Shown here: piece by piece, positions 11,851-25,574 of the stretch | How the letters are laid out: every line of letters begins with the position of its first letter | Position numbering within the stretch: the first letter of the stretch is position 1 | Source: Camelus ferus | Taxonomy: Eukaryota | Length of the DNA stretch: 64,000 nt | Assembly (NCBI RefSeq): GCF_009834535.1 | Contig: NC_045697.1 | Coordinates: 6,388,001-6,452,000, forward strand | Reading direction: 5' to 3' | Program-made: the position numbers and the translations under genes | Notes under the pieces: model-generated | Told to the model about the DNA's origin: nothing | The model's database searches: none | Seen by the model: the letters and a program-made list of their open reading frames with translations, nothing else

Positions 11851-13217
11851 TTGCGCTCTTCCGACCAACATTTGTAACATTTGTATTTAAACAAATGCAA
11901 ATGTCGCCCTGAAAGATTCAGATGGCTTGAGGTTAAAGGCGTTCCTATTGAGTTCACATCTCCCCAACATTGTGTTAGATTTACTTATAAACATGCGCCG
12001 CCGGCTCTGAGCTGTAAGTCCCAGAAGGACACACATCAGTGGGGTTTTGTTCTTTCTTGAGGCGCCAGGATACACCACGGTGCCAGGCACAGAACAGGCC
12101 CGGCTTCCGAGACTAAGCTGGTCCCAGTAGCCAGCGTCCCTCGCCTAGATCAGCGCTAGGCAAAGCGTGGTGTAGACAGGGGCCAGTCCCCGTGTCGGGT
12201 CCCCAGGGAGGGGATGGATACAGAAAGGAAGAGGAGCATTTAGAGACGTTCATAAGATTCCGACTGCAGCGTCCAAGCGCGTGATCTGCGCAACAGAATA
12301 AAGTAATACTGTGGGGTGTGCTCAAACTCAGGGGATGCTCGCTTGTGACCCGGCTGCGTTCTAGCTATGCGCAGCAGACGTCCGTAGTTTCAAAAAGGAT
12401 AGGCGTAGGGGATGAGCTGGCCTTGCACGGTAAATAGCCCTAGTCTGCTGCTGTAGCCTCCTGCCTCCCCTCCTGCTTCCACTCACCAGCGCCTCACGCA
12501 CCCTGTCGCGTCTGGAAAGCTCCTGCCACAAAGCGGATGAGGTCGAGTCACTCCCCAGCTGAAAAGTGCTTGCAGAACCCTCCAGCCCTACAGAGGATCC
12601 AACAGCATCTCTTACCCGCCCACCAGCCTGTGCTCTCTGCCATGCTCGCTCCCTCCCTCTGCTCCTCGTTAGCCTGGTCCCTCTGCCTGGGACGTCTCTC
12701 ATCTTTCTCACTTCAAATGAAAACCCACCTTTTTTTCTGACAATTTCACCCCACAGGACTGTCACCTTCCCTCATTCTATCACATCTCTGTGTTTTGTGT
12801 TCTTCATAATGAACTGAAGTTATTTTGCGTTTGTTTACTGAAGTCTTTTCATTCAGTCTTTTCATTCTCCTCCCCTACCGAGTAAGTTATTGTCTGTCTC
12901 CTTCACTCCTTGTATTCCCAGTGCCCAAGGCAGAGAGCCTGGCACCCGTGATAGATGAGTTATTTATTAATTTATTAATTAAGAGAAAAATGAAACAAAA
13001 CTGTGGTTTGAGTGACCAGAGCATGAAAGCAGACTTGGGATCCTCAGATCCGAGTATTGACACTTAACTAATCCACACTTTGATCTCTAAATTTTCGCAT
13101 CTGGGAAAATTACCGGGATAATAATAGTATCTGTTTCCTATGAGAATGAGAGGAGTTAACTTTTGTAGAAGACGTAAAAGGATGCTTCTATTGAGAGGCA
13201 TAGATGATTTGGCTATT

Positions 13218-13590
13218 GCATCAGTTAGGATTAAACTAGGTTATACTCTAGTAATAACTCCCAAATCTTAGTGACTTAAAAAGACAAAGGTTAATTTTCC
13301 ACTTATACTGTATCTATCATTGACTAGCTGAGGACTCAGCTCTTTGACATCTTTAGTCCAGGCTGACAAAGCAGCCACCAGCTGATGTGTGGCAGGTTGT
13401 CAAGGTGGGAGAAGGAGAGGTTGGCTCACCTGAGCACTGACTCTTCAAACTTACAAATAGAAGTGGTAAAGGACTTCCACTCACATTTAATTAGCCAAAG
13501 CAAGTCACGTGACCACACCTAACTGCAAGAGACACAGGAGTGCTATTCTACCATGTGCCCCGAAAAACTGAAAATATTTTAGACGATAAT
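13218..13590 (-). mobile_element. Old MaLR LTR (MLT1J/K/L-like)
   Basis: cccaaatcttagtgacttaaaa..caaagg and ttagccaaagcaagtcacgtgaccacacctaact motifs. Confidence 0.65.
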
Positions 13591-13814
13591 AGCTATTATT
13601 GTCATCCCTATTCATTCTTGAAGTCTAGTCTACTGCTGTGCTGTGAGGTCCACGTGCATCATGGATGACAAACTCTGGGAAGGGTCAACTTAGCATCAAT
13701 ATGGATTTTTTTTTCTTGTTTTGGATATAGCCCCAAACTCCTGCTATGTGTCTAAGAAATGTGTGGGTGACAGGTCTCGTAAGAGCCACTTGTTGTCTCT
13801 TCACAAAATCTGGA

Positions 13815-13832
13815 TGGTACTAGATGGCGCTG
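13815..13832 (+). promoter_or_regulatory. Candidate CTCF motif
   Basis: TGGTACTAGATGGCGCTG, close to the CTCF core CCACTAGATGGCGC. Confidence 0.45.
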
Positions 13833-14444
13833 GGTGGTAAGACCCATGAGAACAAACATCGTTTTTATCTCACTCACCTTTGTGTACTGAGCGCCCAGCA
13901 CCATGGCCAGCACAATAGCTGCTGAATCAATGACTGTTTGGCAAGTGCATCTTGTTGGTATGGGGATTAAAGCCCCCAGAATTTATCTTTCCAATTGATC
14001 CAGGAACCCTGTAGAGAAAAATTTAGACCATTTTTTAAGCAAACAAGTTAAGCAGAGTGGAAACTTTACTTCAACAACTGGAACTAGAAATCCTCTTAGG
14101 GAAAGAACTGTCTTTGTTAAGGAAAATAAAATTCCAGACCTTGGCGTTGGGCTCTCATCTTCCATACCTAAGCAGAGAGTTGATTTCTTATACAGATTGA
14201 TGTAGCTTCCAGGAATTCGAGGTTCTGAAGACTTGAGAGAAAAGATCAGAGAGTGAGAAGGGGTGAAGGCTGGAGAATTCACCCTGAGGTAACAGGTGCC
14301 CAGTGCCCTGTGATCAAGTCCCAGGAGCTGGATGGTCACAGACTTTTAAGATTACAATCAGAGTTTTTCAATGTTGCATGTAAACATCCTCTGTTGCCCT
14401 GACTCTTTAGGAGAAGCCTGATACACACCACTTAGTGTTCGTGG

Positions 14445-15085
14445 TCATACTAGAGGCTGTCAGGTTTCTCCCAAAGTCCACTCTCCCCTTCTTCCATACA
14501 AGAAGCCTACCTTTAGCTAGGCATGTGGCTTTTTTCAAGCTCCTTTCCTTGGGAGTACTCTGTAAAACATTCACAGACAGCCCACTGGCACTTACTGTTA
14601 GTTTAAGATTACATTGGTAGCAGAATCTTCTACTTGTTTCCTTTTTTCTTTTCCTTAGTAATAAGCCTCTTACAATTCCTTGCTGCTCAAAAGAAAGATT
14701 AAATTTTTAAGACTTGCTTGTAGCTAGGTATGATCATGTCCCTAAGTTCTAGTCAATGTAAAGTAGTAGAACTAGAGTATACAGAACATTCAGAAGTATT
14801 CTTAAAGGATGGCATATGCAAGTCTTTGCCCCTTTTTATATTCCATTGGCTTGAAAAAAGAGATAATGAGGCAATGGCTGGAGCTTGAACAGCCATTATG
14901 GACCATGAAAGTAAATATAATTGAATTGCTGAGGAAGGTGGAGCAACAAGGTAGAAGGAGCCTGGGTTCCTGACAATCACAGCTGCCACTCACTGCTTAC
15001 CTCCTGACTTAATTTACGTAAGAGGGAAAGAAATCGCCATTTTGGGTTTCCTGTCACTCACAGCAAAACCTAATGTGAACCCATC
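14445..15085 (+). mobile_element. Old MaLR LTR fragments (MLT1J-like)
   Basis: gaggaaggtggagcaacaaggtagaaggagcctgggttcctga and tttcctgtcactcacagc..cctaa motifs. Confidence 0.6.
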
Positions 15086-15599
15086 CAGTGTTGCTTGGAA
15101 AAGTCAAGGGTGGGAATGGGCAAAGCATGAGCCAAAATGATACGAAGAATGAACAGTATGTGTTGTGATCTATAAATTCAAATAATTTAGCAGAAGCAAC
15201 AACTCAGGGAGAAGTCCACAGAAGAAATAGAAGTGATCTTTCTTTTTCTGCTTCAACCTCTTCAAAATTTCCTAGCTCAATATAAGTTACGCCCCATTGC
15301 ACCTCCTTCTACCATGGGGACGCTCTCACTATTTTTTATTGGAATCTTCAAGAGAAGGGTGATGTATCTTCTCTTCTTGCTGCCTTTAAAACAGACCACT
15401 TTGAGAGCTTTCATGCATATTATGGCTCCTGATGGTCAGATGAACACAGTCAGAATCAGGCACTCAACTGGCAAGTCACTCACTCAGCTAAACACTGTTG
15501 CCCTGCAGGACAGTAATCAGTATGAAGTTTTGAACCATTTCTTTATAATTGCATATTATTTAATGAAAATTCATAATGACTAATAGACAAAACGAGAAG

Positions 15600-16060
15600 G
15601 CCAAGAGAATGCTGATGTTGAAATGCAAGAACGTAGGAGGCAAAAAATTATAATTTATCAGCATATTCACGCCTCAAGATCAGCTTTCCTAGTAACCTGA
15701 GCTGCAGGGATGTGACCCAAATTCATAGATATTATATTGAGATTCTTAGAGTAGTTAAAAATAAACCAAAGAGAAAATTATATCCAATATGATAATTTTA
15801 TCCAATTTGGCTTTATGTTAGTTGGAAATAAAGACTACCTATGATAGGAATGTGGTATTTGCAGAGAAGTGCTTGCAAATGCTAGTTGGAAATTCTCATC
15901 ATTTATAGATAAAAATGTGACAATTATAGATAAGAAGCTAGTGAAGTGAAAAATGCAAAAATACCAAATATCCATAAATGAAAACTGTATTTTCAGTACT
16001 GCAGAATGTATTTTGATTTGTATTTTATACAAAATTTATTCTCAAACCAATACATGATAT
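15600..16060 (+). mobile_element. Decayed hAT/Charlie transposase N-terminal (BED zinc finger) fragment
   Basis: Frame from 15788 reads YDNFIQFGFMLVGNKDYL**ECGICREVLANASWKFS, resembling Charlie Y..FGF..C.IC.EVLAN.S.KPS; two in-frame stops. Confidence 0.65.
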
Positions 16061-16179
16061 CTGTTTCTTAAAACATAATGAATTTTTCTTTGGGTGAGGT
16101 GCATGTTCAAATCTTTAAAATTTTGATAATTTTTTTGTTTCATAGAAATTTTATTGTATAATAAATGCAGATAATAGAG

Positions 16180-16605
16180 TTTTTATTGAGGTGTAGTTGA
16201 TTTACAATAGTGTTAGCTTCAGGTGTACAACATAGTGATTCAAAAACTTTATAGATTATACTCCATTTATAGTTATTATAAAATATTGGCTATATTCTCT
16301 GTGCTGTACAATTTATTCTTGTAGTTTATTTATTGCATCATAGTAGTTTGTACCTCTCAATCTCTATCCCCTATCTTGCCCCTCGCCCCTTCTCTCTCCA
16401 CTGGTAACCACTAGTTTGTTCTATTTATTTTTTTAATTTAATTTTTTTACTGAATAGTTGACTTAAGTTTCATGTTAGTTTCAGGTATACAGCAAAGTGA
16501 TTCAGTTACAAGTACATATATAAGCCTATTTTTTTCAGATTTTTTTCCATTGTTGTTTTATTTTTTAGATTCCATATATGTGATAAGTATTTGTCTTTAT
16601 CTGTT
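16180..16605 (-). mobile_element. L1 3' end fragments (nested)
   Basis: ttttattgaggtgtagttgatttacaat..gtttcaggtgtacaacatagtgattca appears twice; ttttagattccatat. Confidence 0.75.
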
Positions 16606-17998
16606 AAGATTCTTTTAAAGTCATGTGCGCAGGTGGCTACAAATTCCAATGGAATGGAAAGACAAAAATACGGCAGTCCACCAGACTCCGTCCCTTCTCA
16701 ACCATTCATTCAATGCGTATTGACTGAGGATTGCTACACACCAGGCAGATACTCTTCTGGGGGCTTTTAATCAACTCCACTTTTAATTCTTTAGGCTGTC
16801 TCGTAGGATTAGTTCCATATAGCTAAATAATATGGGTCTAATGTTCTTTTTTGATTGACCAACTTTAGAAATTCTCTATTTTGCCATGAGAGAAGAGGAA
16901 TGACTGCTTTTACACGAATCCCATGGAATTATCGTACAGAGCCATTTCTTTCTTTGTTTTTCTCTGTTGGTTGTCCTTGCAGTTTGCAGTAATATGCTAA
17001 CACTTTGATTTCTTTTTCCACTATAGAGACAACATGTTTTCCTCCTAGTTTTGTAAGATAAAGCGTACCACCCCCTCCCCTGCCACCGGCCCAGTGCCTC
17101 TCCTCCCTCTCTGGCCTCTGTATCCTCTACTTGTACATTTTCAAGGCTGAATATTTACACTCTCTTCTGTAGCCCTTACTAAGTCATTGTCCTTTTTCTT
17201 TTTTGTAGATTATACAAGTAGGAAGTGAAAATAGTTACATTATTGTGATTGCCTACTTAGGAAACTTAATTTATTGCTGAGTTTCTGATTTTCATGAATT
17301 TTCTACTTGCAGGTTTTCTGTCATTACTGAAAATTAATGTATTTTAAAACTTTCCCAACCTCTCTGTCCAATGGGAAGTCCTACAAAGTTCCCTTCCCCT
17401 CTCCTAGCTCCCCAATCTCCTCCCTGACGCCCTTTGACCTCCAGTTCTGAGCTGCTCTGGCATCTGTACCTGCTCCCCACTCCTCATCTTGTGACTTGAC
17501 TTCACTTCTTCCCTCTTTGCTGTGTTAAGACCCTGGATGCAGGAATCCCTTAGTTTTCCGTTTGTTGCTTGTTTGTTTTTTCCAGAGACTATCTCAAATA
17601 ACCTACTAGAAAGAGTTTTAGAGGTTAGCTTTTGGAAACCTTAATATCTAAGCTCTCTGTTTCATCCTATACACTGTGCCAATGGGCTGTTCTAGGTTGA
17701 AAATAAAATCTCATCAAAGCTTTGGATGAACAGCTCGATTGTTTTCTTGGCTTCTGTGGGGGTGGGAATTTTGATACCTGATTCTCTTTTCTTTGTAGGT
17801 AAACTGCCCCCCTTCCATCTCTATGGACCCTTTAGATTTTTCTCTTCATCATTTGTGGTGATATCTATTATTTATCTGTTTAATTGTTCTGTGGAATTAA
17901 TATAGCCTTTCAATCTAGAGACTTACGTCCTTCAATTCCAAAGTTTGCTTGTTTTTTTATTCTTGTTTTCCTTACTGTATCTGTTTCTGTCATCTTCT

Positions 17999-18000
<2 letters not shown>

Positions 18001-18048
<48 letters not shown>
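18001..18048. repeat. (ATT)16 microsatellite
   Basis: Perfect trinucleotide run. Confidence 0.97.
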
Positions 18049-18051
<3 letters not shown>

Positions 18052-18162
18052 ATAATGAAAGTTCTGAATTGATCTTCTATGCCTCTCAACCTCTTTTCTA
18101 ATATTTTCTACCTTCTTTCCCTTTCTGTTTACTTTCTGGATTTCCTTGATTTTATCTTCAAG

Positions 18163-18250
18163 ATATATATATACACATATATATGTATATATAATTATTA
18201 TATATAATTTATAATATATATAATTATATGTATAATATATATAATTATTT
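18163..18250. repeat. AT-rich (TA)n-like low-complexity tract
   Basis: Read directly from sequence. Confidence 0.85.
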
Positions 18251-19694
18251 TCTCCAGAATTTTATGAATGCAGTGTATGCTCTGATCTCTCTGATAATTA
18301 TACTACTTAGAATTTTGTTTTAGAGTTTCTTTTGTTGGAGTTCATTTTATTTTCTTGCTTTCAATGAGAGGTTTTCCTCAAACGTCCAGTGATCTTTGAT
18401 TGTCTTTGACTGTCTTCCATTTATTATAAACAGATAAGAAAAAGACATGGCGGGGCCTAACGACTTTCGGTTGTTTGGGTGGGAGCTGTTATTTATGCTG
18501 GGAGACTCTTAAAAGCCAGAAGGTGAATTTCTTTCTTCTTGGGGCTTTCTACCTGCTTTTAGATTATGGGGTATTTCAAGATATTGTCAGAGTATTTACC
18601 AAGCCTCCACTTACTCTCTACCCAGCTTTAGAGAATCCTAATGTCTGTACTGTATTTAGTTCAGGTATGTTCCGCCTACAGAACAAAATGTAAACATTGC
18701 AGGTGCTCCCGAAGCCACCTCTGTCCTTCTATACCCGTTGTCCCCATCCTTCCCTGGAGAAAAGTATCATTCTGAGTCATGGATTTCTCACAAAGGGAAC
18801 TGATCTGTATTTTGTTGAATTGACATTTCGGTTGGAGGAGGGAGGGTCCAGAGCTTTCTCTTCCACCATTTTGCTAGTGTCACCCTCATCCTGAATTTTG
18901 TGCTCATCATTTTGATAAATGTTTACATACCTTTCCTACATATGTATAATCCCTAAATAATACAGAGTACTGTCTCACATGTGTTTTTTATACACACATA
19001 TGTATATGTGTTACGTATATGTATCTGTATATATATATTCGTAACGTACCTATTCTGTCACCTATCTTTAGCTCAATATCATGTTTTTGTGATCAGTTTT
19101 GATGCACATATCTCTAGCTTATCCATTTCAGTGCTGTATAGGATTCCACTCTATGACTATACTATAAATGTGATCCTCTATTTTCAGACATTTAAGCTAT
19201 TTCCAACATTTTGGTGCTTTAACAGTGCTGTAAGAAATACTCTTTTACAGATCTTTAGAAGATGTATTGGAATGGAGAGAAAATAGAGACAGGGACCCCA
19301 GGTAGAAGAGATAACGAGGGTATAAACTTGACAGTGGCAGGGACGAAGCAGCTTGTAGACAATTTTTGAGGTTATGTGTTAGCAGTACTTGGGAGTCTAC
19401 CTGGAAACAGGGGAAGGAACGGAGCGTGAGGCAGAGGAAAGAATCCAGGATGCCTCCTGTTTCTGCCTTGTACAAATGTATAGACTTTTTGCACCATTTG
19501 CTGAGATAGCACATACCAGAGTGGCAACAAGACGAGCCTGATGGTTAGAAGAAGGGCAAGTTCCATTTTAGAAATAGTTTGTATGCCCATGAGATACTCA
19601 GTTGGGAATTTCCAGCAGCGAGAGAACTTAAAATTCCAGCTCTATGATTTCATGATGCTGTCTGACTAGAAGTTTAAAAAGAGGATTATATTGG

Positions 19695-20095
19695 CATGGT
19701 AGGCTGACTAATGGCCCTCCAAAGGGGCCCTGTTCTAACTCCTGGAACTTTATGTAGCAGAAGGGACTTTGCAGACGTGATCAAGTTAAGGATGTCAAGA
19801 TGGGGATATTAGCCTTTATTCCCTGGGTAGGGATGGGGTAATCACATGGGTTTCTGTGAGAGGGGTGTAGAAGGAGTCAGAGTCAGAGAGAAGGCAATGT
19901 GACGAAGGAAACGGGGGAAAAGGCTAAGTAACGCGGGGCGTGAGTCACGGAATACCAGCAGCCTTTGGAAGCCGGAAGACGCGAGGAATAGATTCTCTCC
20001 TGGAGCCTTTCAGAAGGCATCAGCCCTGCCGACACCTGACTTGAGGTCATTTTGGACTTTGGGTTTCCAGACCATAAGATAATAAATGTATTGAA
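19695..20095 (+). mobile_element. MaLR LTR (MLT1D-like)
   Basis: agggactttgcagacgtgatcaagttaaggat, gattctctcctggagcct, cagccctgccgacacct. Confidence 0.8.
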
Positions 20096-20716
20096 CGTGG
20101 CCAATACCTTTGTCAGGGAAAATGTTGGAAGTTGAAAAGCACCTGTCTTTAGAGGAGGGCTGCTGCATAGCACACGTCTAGTGACACCATCGATATAAAA
20201 CTAGGTGTACGGCAAGGCAGAGCTGGGACTAAGTCCGGGCCCTGTCATGTATTTGCTTTAGGACCGAGAGCAGGGTGGCTTCTCTGGCTTTTTGTTTTCC
20301 CATATCTAAAATGAAGGAGTAATAGTAGCTACTTTAGAATGCCTTCCATTCCATTGAGATGGCTGGCTTCACCTCCAGTGAACAGAAAACTCCAAGCTGG
20401 TTTAATCACCAAGGAAATGTATGATCTCATCTGTCCTGAGGTCCAGGGGAAGGGGAGCCACAGACGTTAGACCGCCATCAAAGTGGGTCTTTCCGTCTCT
20501 ACTGGCTGCCATCTTTGATCTAGCAGTGTTGTCCTCCAGCTAATGCAGCGGCCCTGTCACCTCCTGCAGACAGCACAAGATCCAAGGGAAAAGAGCAGGA
20601 CTCCACCCGTGTGTGTAGCTCTTGGTAGTGAGAAAAAAACTTCTAGAAGCTTCCTGGAAGATTCCCATTCATGTCTTCAAACAGAATGGCATTCCTGGTT
20701 GTACTTCGATCAGGAC

Positions 20717-20893
20717 CAGAGCTGGCTTCATGTGCCAATGACCTGTGCAGTCACATAGGATCCCGTGTTCAGAAGGGTCTTACACTTGGTTTAATGCTCT
20801 GCTGTCACCATTTCGAAATTTTTCATAACTTTTGAATAACGAGACCCCATTTTTATTTTGCACCGGACTCTGTGAATTCTGTAGCTGGTCCTC
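20717..20893 (+). mobile_element. hAT-Tip100 MITE (MER91A-like)
   Basis: gctggcttcatg..acctgtgcagtcaca..cttggtttaatgctctgctgtc..tgtagctggtcct. Confidence 0.65.
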
Positions 20894-23800
20894 AGCAGGA
20901 TCCATTCTTTGAACCTGAGGCTGGACCCACCCCTTGAAGAACATAACGGCATGTAGAAGGGTGGATTCCTGACCACTCTGACAACCATTGTTCAGTGACT
21001 GTGTGAGAATGGGGCATGGTTGGATTCCACACAAGTTAGTTGGCTAATAGCTCACTTTTCAGTGTGAGTCACTGCTGCAGTGTTGGATAATTGAAAGGAC
21101 TCATGAGACCTCACAGGGTATCTTCATGCAGAGCCTTATTAAAGGTAAAGGTTGTGGGGGAGCAGGAGGAAGCAAACGCAGAGATGCTGGGGATTCCAGA
21201 AGCAGCTGCCAGAGCTCTTCTTTGGTCACATAGGATGGACTTTATCTTTGGATTTGAACCTCCAAAATATATGCCATAAACCCTGGTCTCAGGGTCAGTA
21301 AATTTCCATTGAACTTTCTACCCATAAGTCTAGGGGATCTACCCAGATGGGGACAGTATTTATAAGGACAGAGCTTTCTTAATTGTTCACACTTGGCCAT
21401 GAGTACAGAGGAGCCAAAATCATAAATTCTGGGTTGGAAATAATAAAATCTGCCTCACAGGTACCTCCTGATATCTGTGGAGAGTAAATAAGATGACATT
21501 GCATATTTATGGATTAAATAAGATGATAAAACTGTTGATACATAATAGGTTATTTTATTTTTATTATGTTATTACTAAATATGAATATTTATTTTTCTAC
21601 ATCCAGACTTCAATTTTAGCTAGTATTTTAAATGTGGTTATTTTGCTATAAGAAATTTGGATAATTTTTTTTAACTTTAGTTTCAAACTGAAGTTGAATT
21701 TCTCCAGATTCATAATAACTACTCTTTAAAAATGCTAAGTATGTTGCCAAAAGAGAGGGAGGGGAAGAACTAACACTTTAGGTTCCAGATATTTTTTTTT
21801 AAGAGAAGATAAGATGGGGGATTTACATTGTGTATAGATTTGGAAAAAAAGACTTGGTGAATAATGGTGATTGCTTGCAAATATCGTGAGAAATTGCAAA
21901 GAGGTATTGACTGTTGACAAAATAGATAACACCATTTTAGGAGGAAGCCTCATGAGACTTGGTATCAAAGAATGACATCGATTCTTCTTTTTTGTAACCA
22001 ATCAAGATAATGTTCCCATTTTCCCATTTACCTTCTAGCCTTGTTCACATGCATATTAATTTTATACATTTGCTGTTATATTAACAGGATTTTCTAGTCT
22101 ACTCTTTCTCTTACACAGTGCCAGTTTGTTTTTTATTGAAGCATAGTTGATTTACAATGTTGTGTTAGTTTCTTGTATACAGCATAGTGATTCTGTTACA
22201 TACGTGTATATATATATATATATTCTTTTTCATATCCTTTTTCATTATAGGTGTTTTTTATGTTGTACATTCTCTTCTGCCTTCATCTGTCTCAAAATCA
22301 TCTGTCTTTTCTCAAACATGTCCCCATCCCACCTCTAACAGATTTTAATAACCTAGTGCATTATTATATAACCATAATATATTAAAAAAAAAGCCACATA
22401 CATGTTATGGATGTAGTTGTTTTAATAAACATAGAATAATTGTATTCCCCATTTCTCGGCAAGGTGCTTTTATTGCTTACAACCCATAATAAATATCCGA
22501 ATAGGAAACCTGATGCAACACTAAAGCGTTCTTTTAAATAGTTGCATAATATTCCACAGCCTGGATACACTCCAGTTACCTCAACCACCCTTTTATTAAT
22601 GAATTTTAATTTCTTTTTGTTTTGTTACTTGGCAGACAATGTTTCAATAAATACCTTTTATATATCTTGCTTTGGTAAATATACTTTTAATTCTGTAGAA
22701 TTTAATTCTATAGGATGAATTTCCAGAACTAGATTTGGTTAGTAGGATATGTATATTTTTAATTTTAACAGAGTTTGCCAAAATAATTTTCAAAAAGTGG
22801 CAGTAATTCCAGTGCCCATTGTTAATAACAATCTGTAGAACCTCTGGATTGCGCCTCCTACCTGTCCGCCCCCCCCCCCCAACTAGCGCTGGGTGTGACA
22901 TTCTTCTGAACTTTCTGCCACCTGTTGGCAAAAAGTTAACTCTTTGTTACTTTAACTGGCGTTTCCTTGATCTTTGTGAAGCTGAGCTTCTTTTCATGTG
23001 TCTTTGAGCATCAGGATTTCCCCTTTTATAAAACGACTATTTGTGTCCTTTGTCTGTTTTTCAGTTGGACTATGTGTCCTATTGTCAAGTTACAGGAGTT
23101 ACTTATATAGTATATATACACAGGAACAATTTACTTGATGTATGTGCTTTAAAGATTTTTCACAGTCTATGCTTTGTTTTCTGACTTTGCTTATTGTCTT
23201 TTTGGTCGTGTTTTAAACGTTTACATAGTCAACTGTTTCTTCATTTCCCTTTTTCTTTGCCTTTCCTGTCTTGCTTAAGAAGCCCCCCTCCCCACAACAC
23301 ACACCGCTGCCACAAATGCCATGCAAATGTTTTCATAGGTTTTCTTCTAGTTATTTTTGTATGTTTTTACCTTTTATATATTTTTATCAATCATCATGGA
23401 AATTATTTATTTTTCATGTAGGTCAAAGGAAGGATCTACCTTTCCTTCCCGGTTTGACGGGCAATTGTTCCAACAATTTTTGTTTAAACAAACCACCCTT
23501 TCCCCACTGACTTGTGTTTCCCTTTATCACATCTTAAGTTTCCTATTTGTGAACTCCCAGTATGTTTTGGTTACAGTGGCTTTATGTTTAAAAAAAAATC
23601 TGGTAAAGGAAGATTGCCTCCCCTCCTCCCCACTATTTTTCTCCAGTAGCGTTTTCTTAGCTATTCTTTAACATTTATCCTCCATATGAAATGTAACTTT
23701 TTTCCTTTTATGCTGGTCCTGAGGGGTATAGAATTGGACTGATTTGATCAAGCGACTTCTTCAGTGACTGGTGCATCACCATCATGGTGGCCCAGCAGTC

Positions 23801-24149
23801 CCAGGAAGTAACCATCAGGACGCGCTTGGTGCAGGGTTGAGGCAAAGGAACTGCTGGGGCAACAGGGAGGGCAGGGAGGTGAAATCCAGCAGTGTCTGAC
23901 CTCTAACTGGTGCATTTCACAAAGGGATCTGCTGAAGGGCGCCTCCCAGTTCACACAGAAGCTCCTTATCGGCTGCCATGGCCAGAAGTGCCAGAGAACA
24001 GAGCTTACTCTTCAGTTTACACTACAAGGCCCAGTGGGTTGCCTTCAGCTCCTTCATTTCTCAGCAAACTGCTTGGTTTAAGCAGCTGGGATGGCTCTGG
24101 ACTCAGACTCCCTGGATTGAATCTGAGCTCCGTCTTTCAGGACATCTTT

Positions 24150-25025
24150 CCGAGCTCCTCTCTTCCTGGCTCTCTTCAAAACAGAGATCGTATCTCCCCT
24201 CTGTAGCTGCATCCCGGTCCAAGAGAGCAGCACCCCGTGCTTGGATGATTTCAGTGGCTTCCCTTACTTTTTCCCTGATCTCCTTCAGTCTGTTCTCAGC
24301 TCAGCAGCCAGAGTCATCCTTTTAAGACTTAAGTTGGGTCGTGTTCGAATCTCTCCAGGGGCTGCTCATCCCCTTCAAAGTCAAAGCCAGTCTTTAAAGT
24401 GGCTCCAAATTCTACATGATCCGGCTCTTAAAGCTTCTCTGACTTCACTCCTATTAGTCTCCATCTCAGCTAGTCAGTCATTCATTCCTCAAATGTATAT
24501 TGAACGCCTACTATGTGCTGGGCACTGTTACAGGCACTTGGGATGCTTGGTGGGACAAAAGTTTGTGTGTGCACAGTGCGAGAGGGAGGGACAGACAGAC
24601 AGACAGGTCTCTTGGCTATTCCATGAACTTGCTTGGCACGTGCCTGCTCGGGCCCTAACACCAGCTGTTCCCTCTGCCTGGACTGCTCTTGCCCCACAAA
24701 TCCACGTCTTCATCTTCTTCACAGTTCTAGCTAATGTTACCTTCTAGCAAAGCCTTCCCTGATGCCCTATTTAAAACTGCCGACAGTCCAGCACTTCCTC
24801 TCCCCTCCCCTAATTCATTTCTCCATGACCCTGAATTTCCCCTAACAGACTTTATAATGTATAATTTCTAGGTTTATCATTTATGTCTGTTGTCTTTCTC
24901 CCACCCTTAGAAGGTAGCTGGAGGAGAGTGTGGTTTTGTTTCTGCTGTCATCTTAGTGCCTGGAATAGTGCCTGGCATAGCATGAAACTCAGTAAACACT
25001 TTCTGAATAAAGGAAAGGGTGAATG
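24150..25025. mobile_element. L2 fragments
   Basis: gcagccagagtcatcctttt, ctgttccctctgcctgga, gtgcctggcatag..aataaa L2 3' motifs. Confidence 0.65.
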
Positions 25026-25574
25026 AGGAACCTTGGAAGGTAGCTGGTCTTTCTGTGCTTCATAGTCATCTTCTAAAAATTAGGGATTATAATGGCCACT
25101 AACTGACAGGCTTGCTGAGAAGATTTAAGAAAACAATACATCTGAAGTGCTTCAAACTGTATTTGGCACATATGAGGGTTCTTGAAATGTAGTTCATTAT
25201 TGTTTTTTTCCTCTTTCCAGTCTCATTCCCTTTCATACATATCCTATATGTAATGTCTACACATATAATCTATGCTTCATACTTTCTATATTTTATATGT
25301 ACCCATGAACAATAGACGGTATTGCTTTATGTACTCTCAAAATTTACTGAGATAGTGTTGTATATTTGTTTCTGAGACCTATTTACATTGAAATATAGAA
25401 TCTAGCCTTTTCCTCTTCGTAGCTGTGTAGTTTTCTGCCAGGGGGACATGATGATTTGCTAATACAGACAACGCTAAAAGGAACATCTTTCTGCAAGTCT
25501 TTTTGTGCATGTCTCATCACAAGTGTGCAAGAGTTTCTCCAATGGGTATCTAAAACGTGGAATTGCTGATTTGC

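Noticed and set aside
11209..11880. 223, 162 and 155 aa ORFs over the second island
   Set aside because: Same GC artefact, with non-ATG starts and no recognisable protein.
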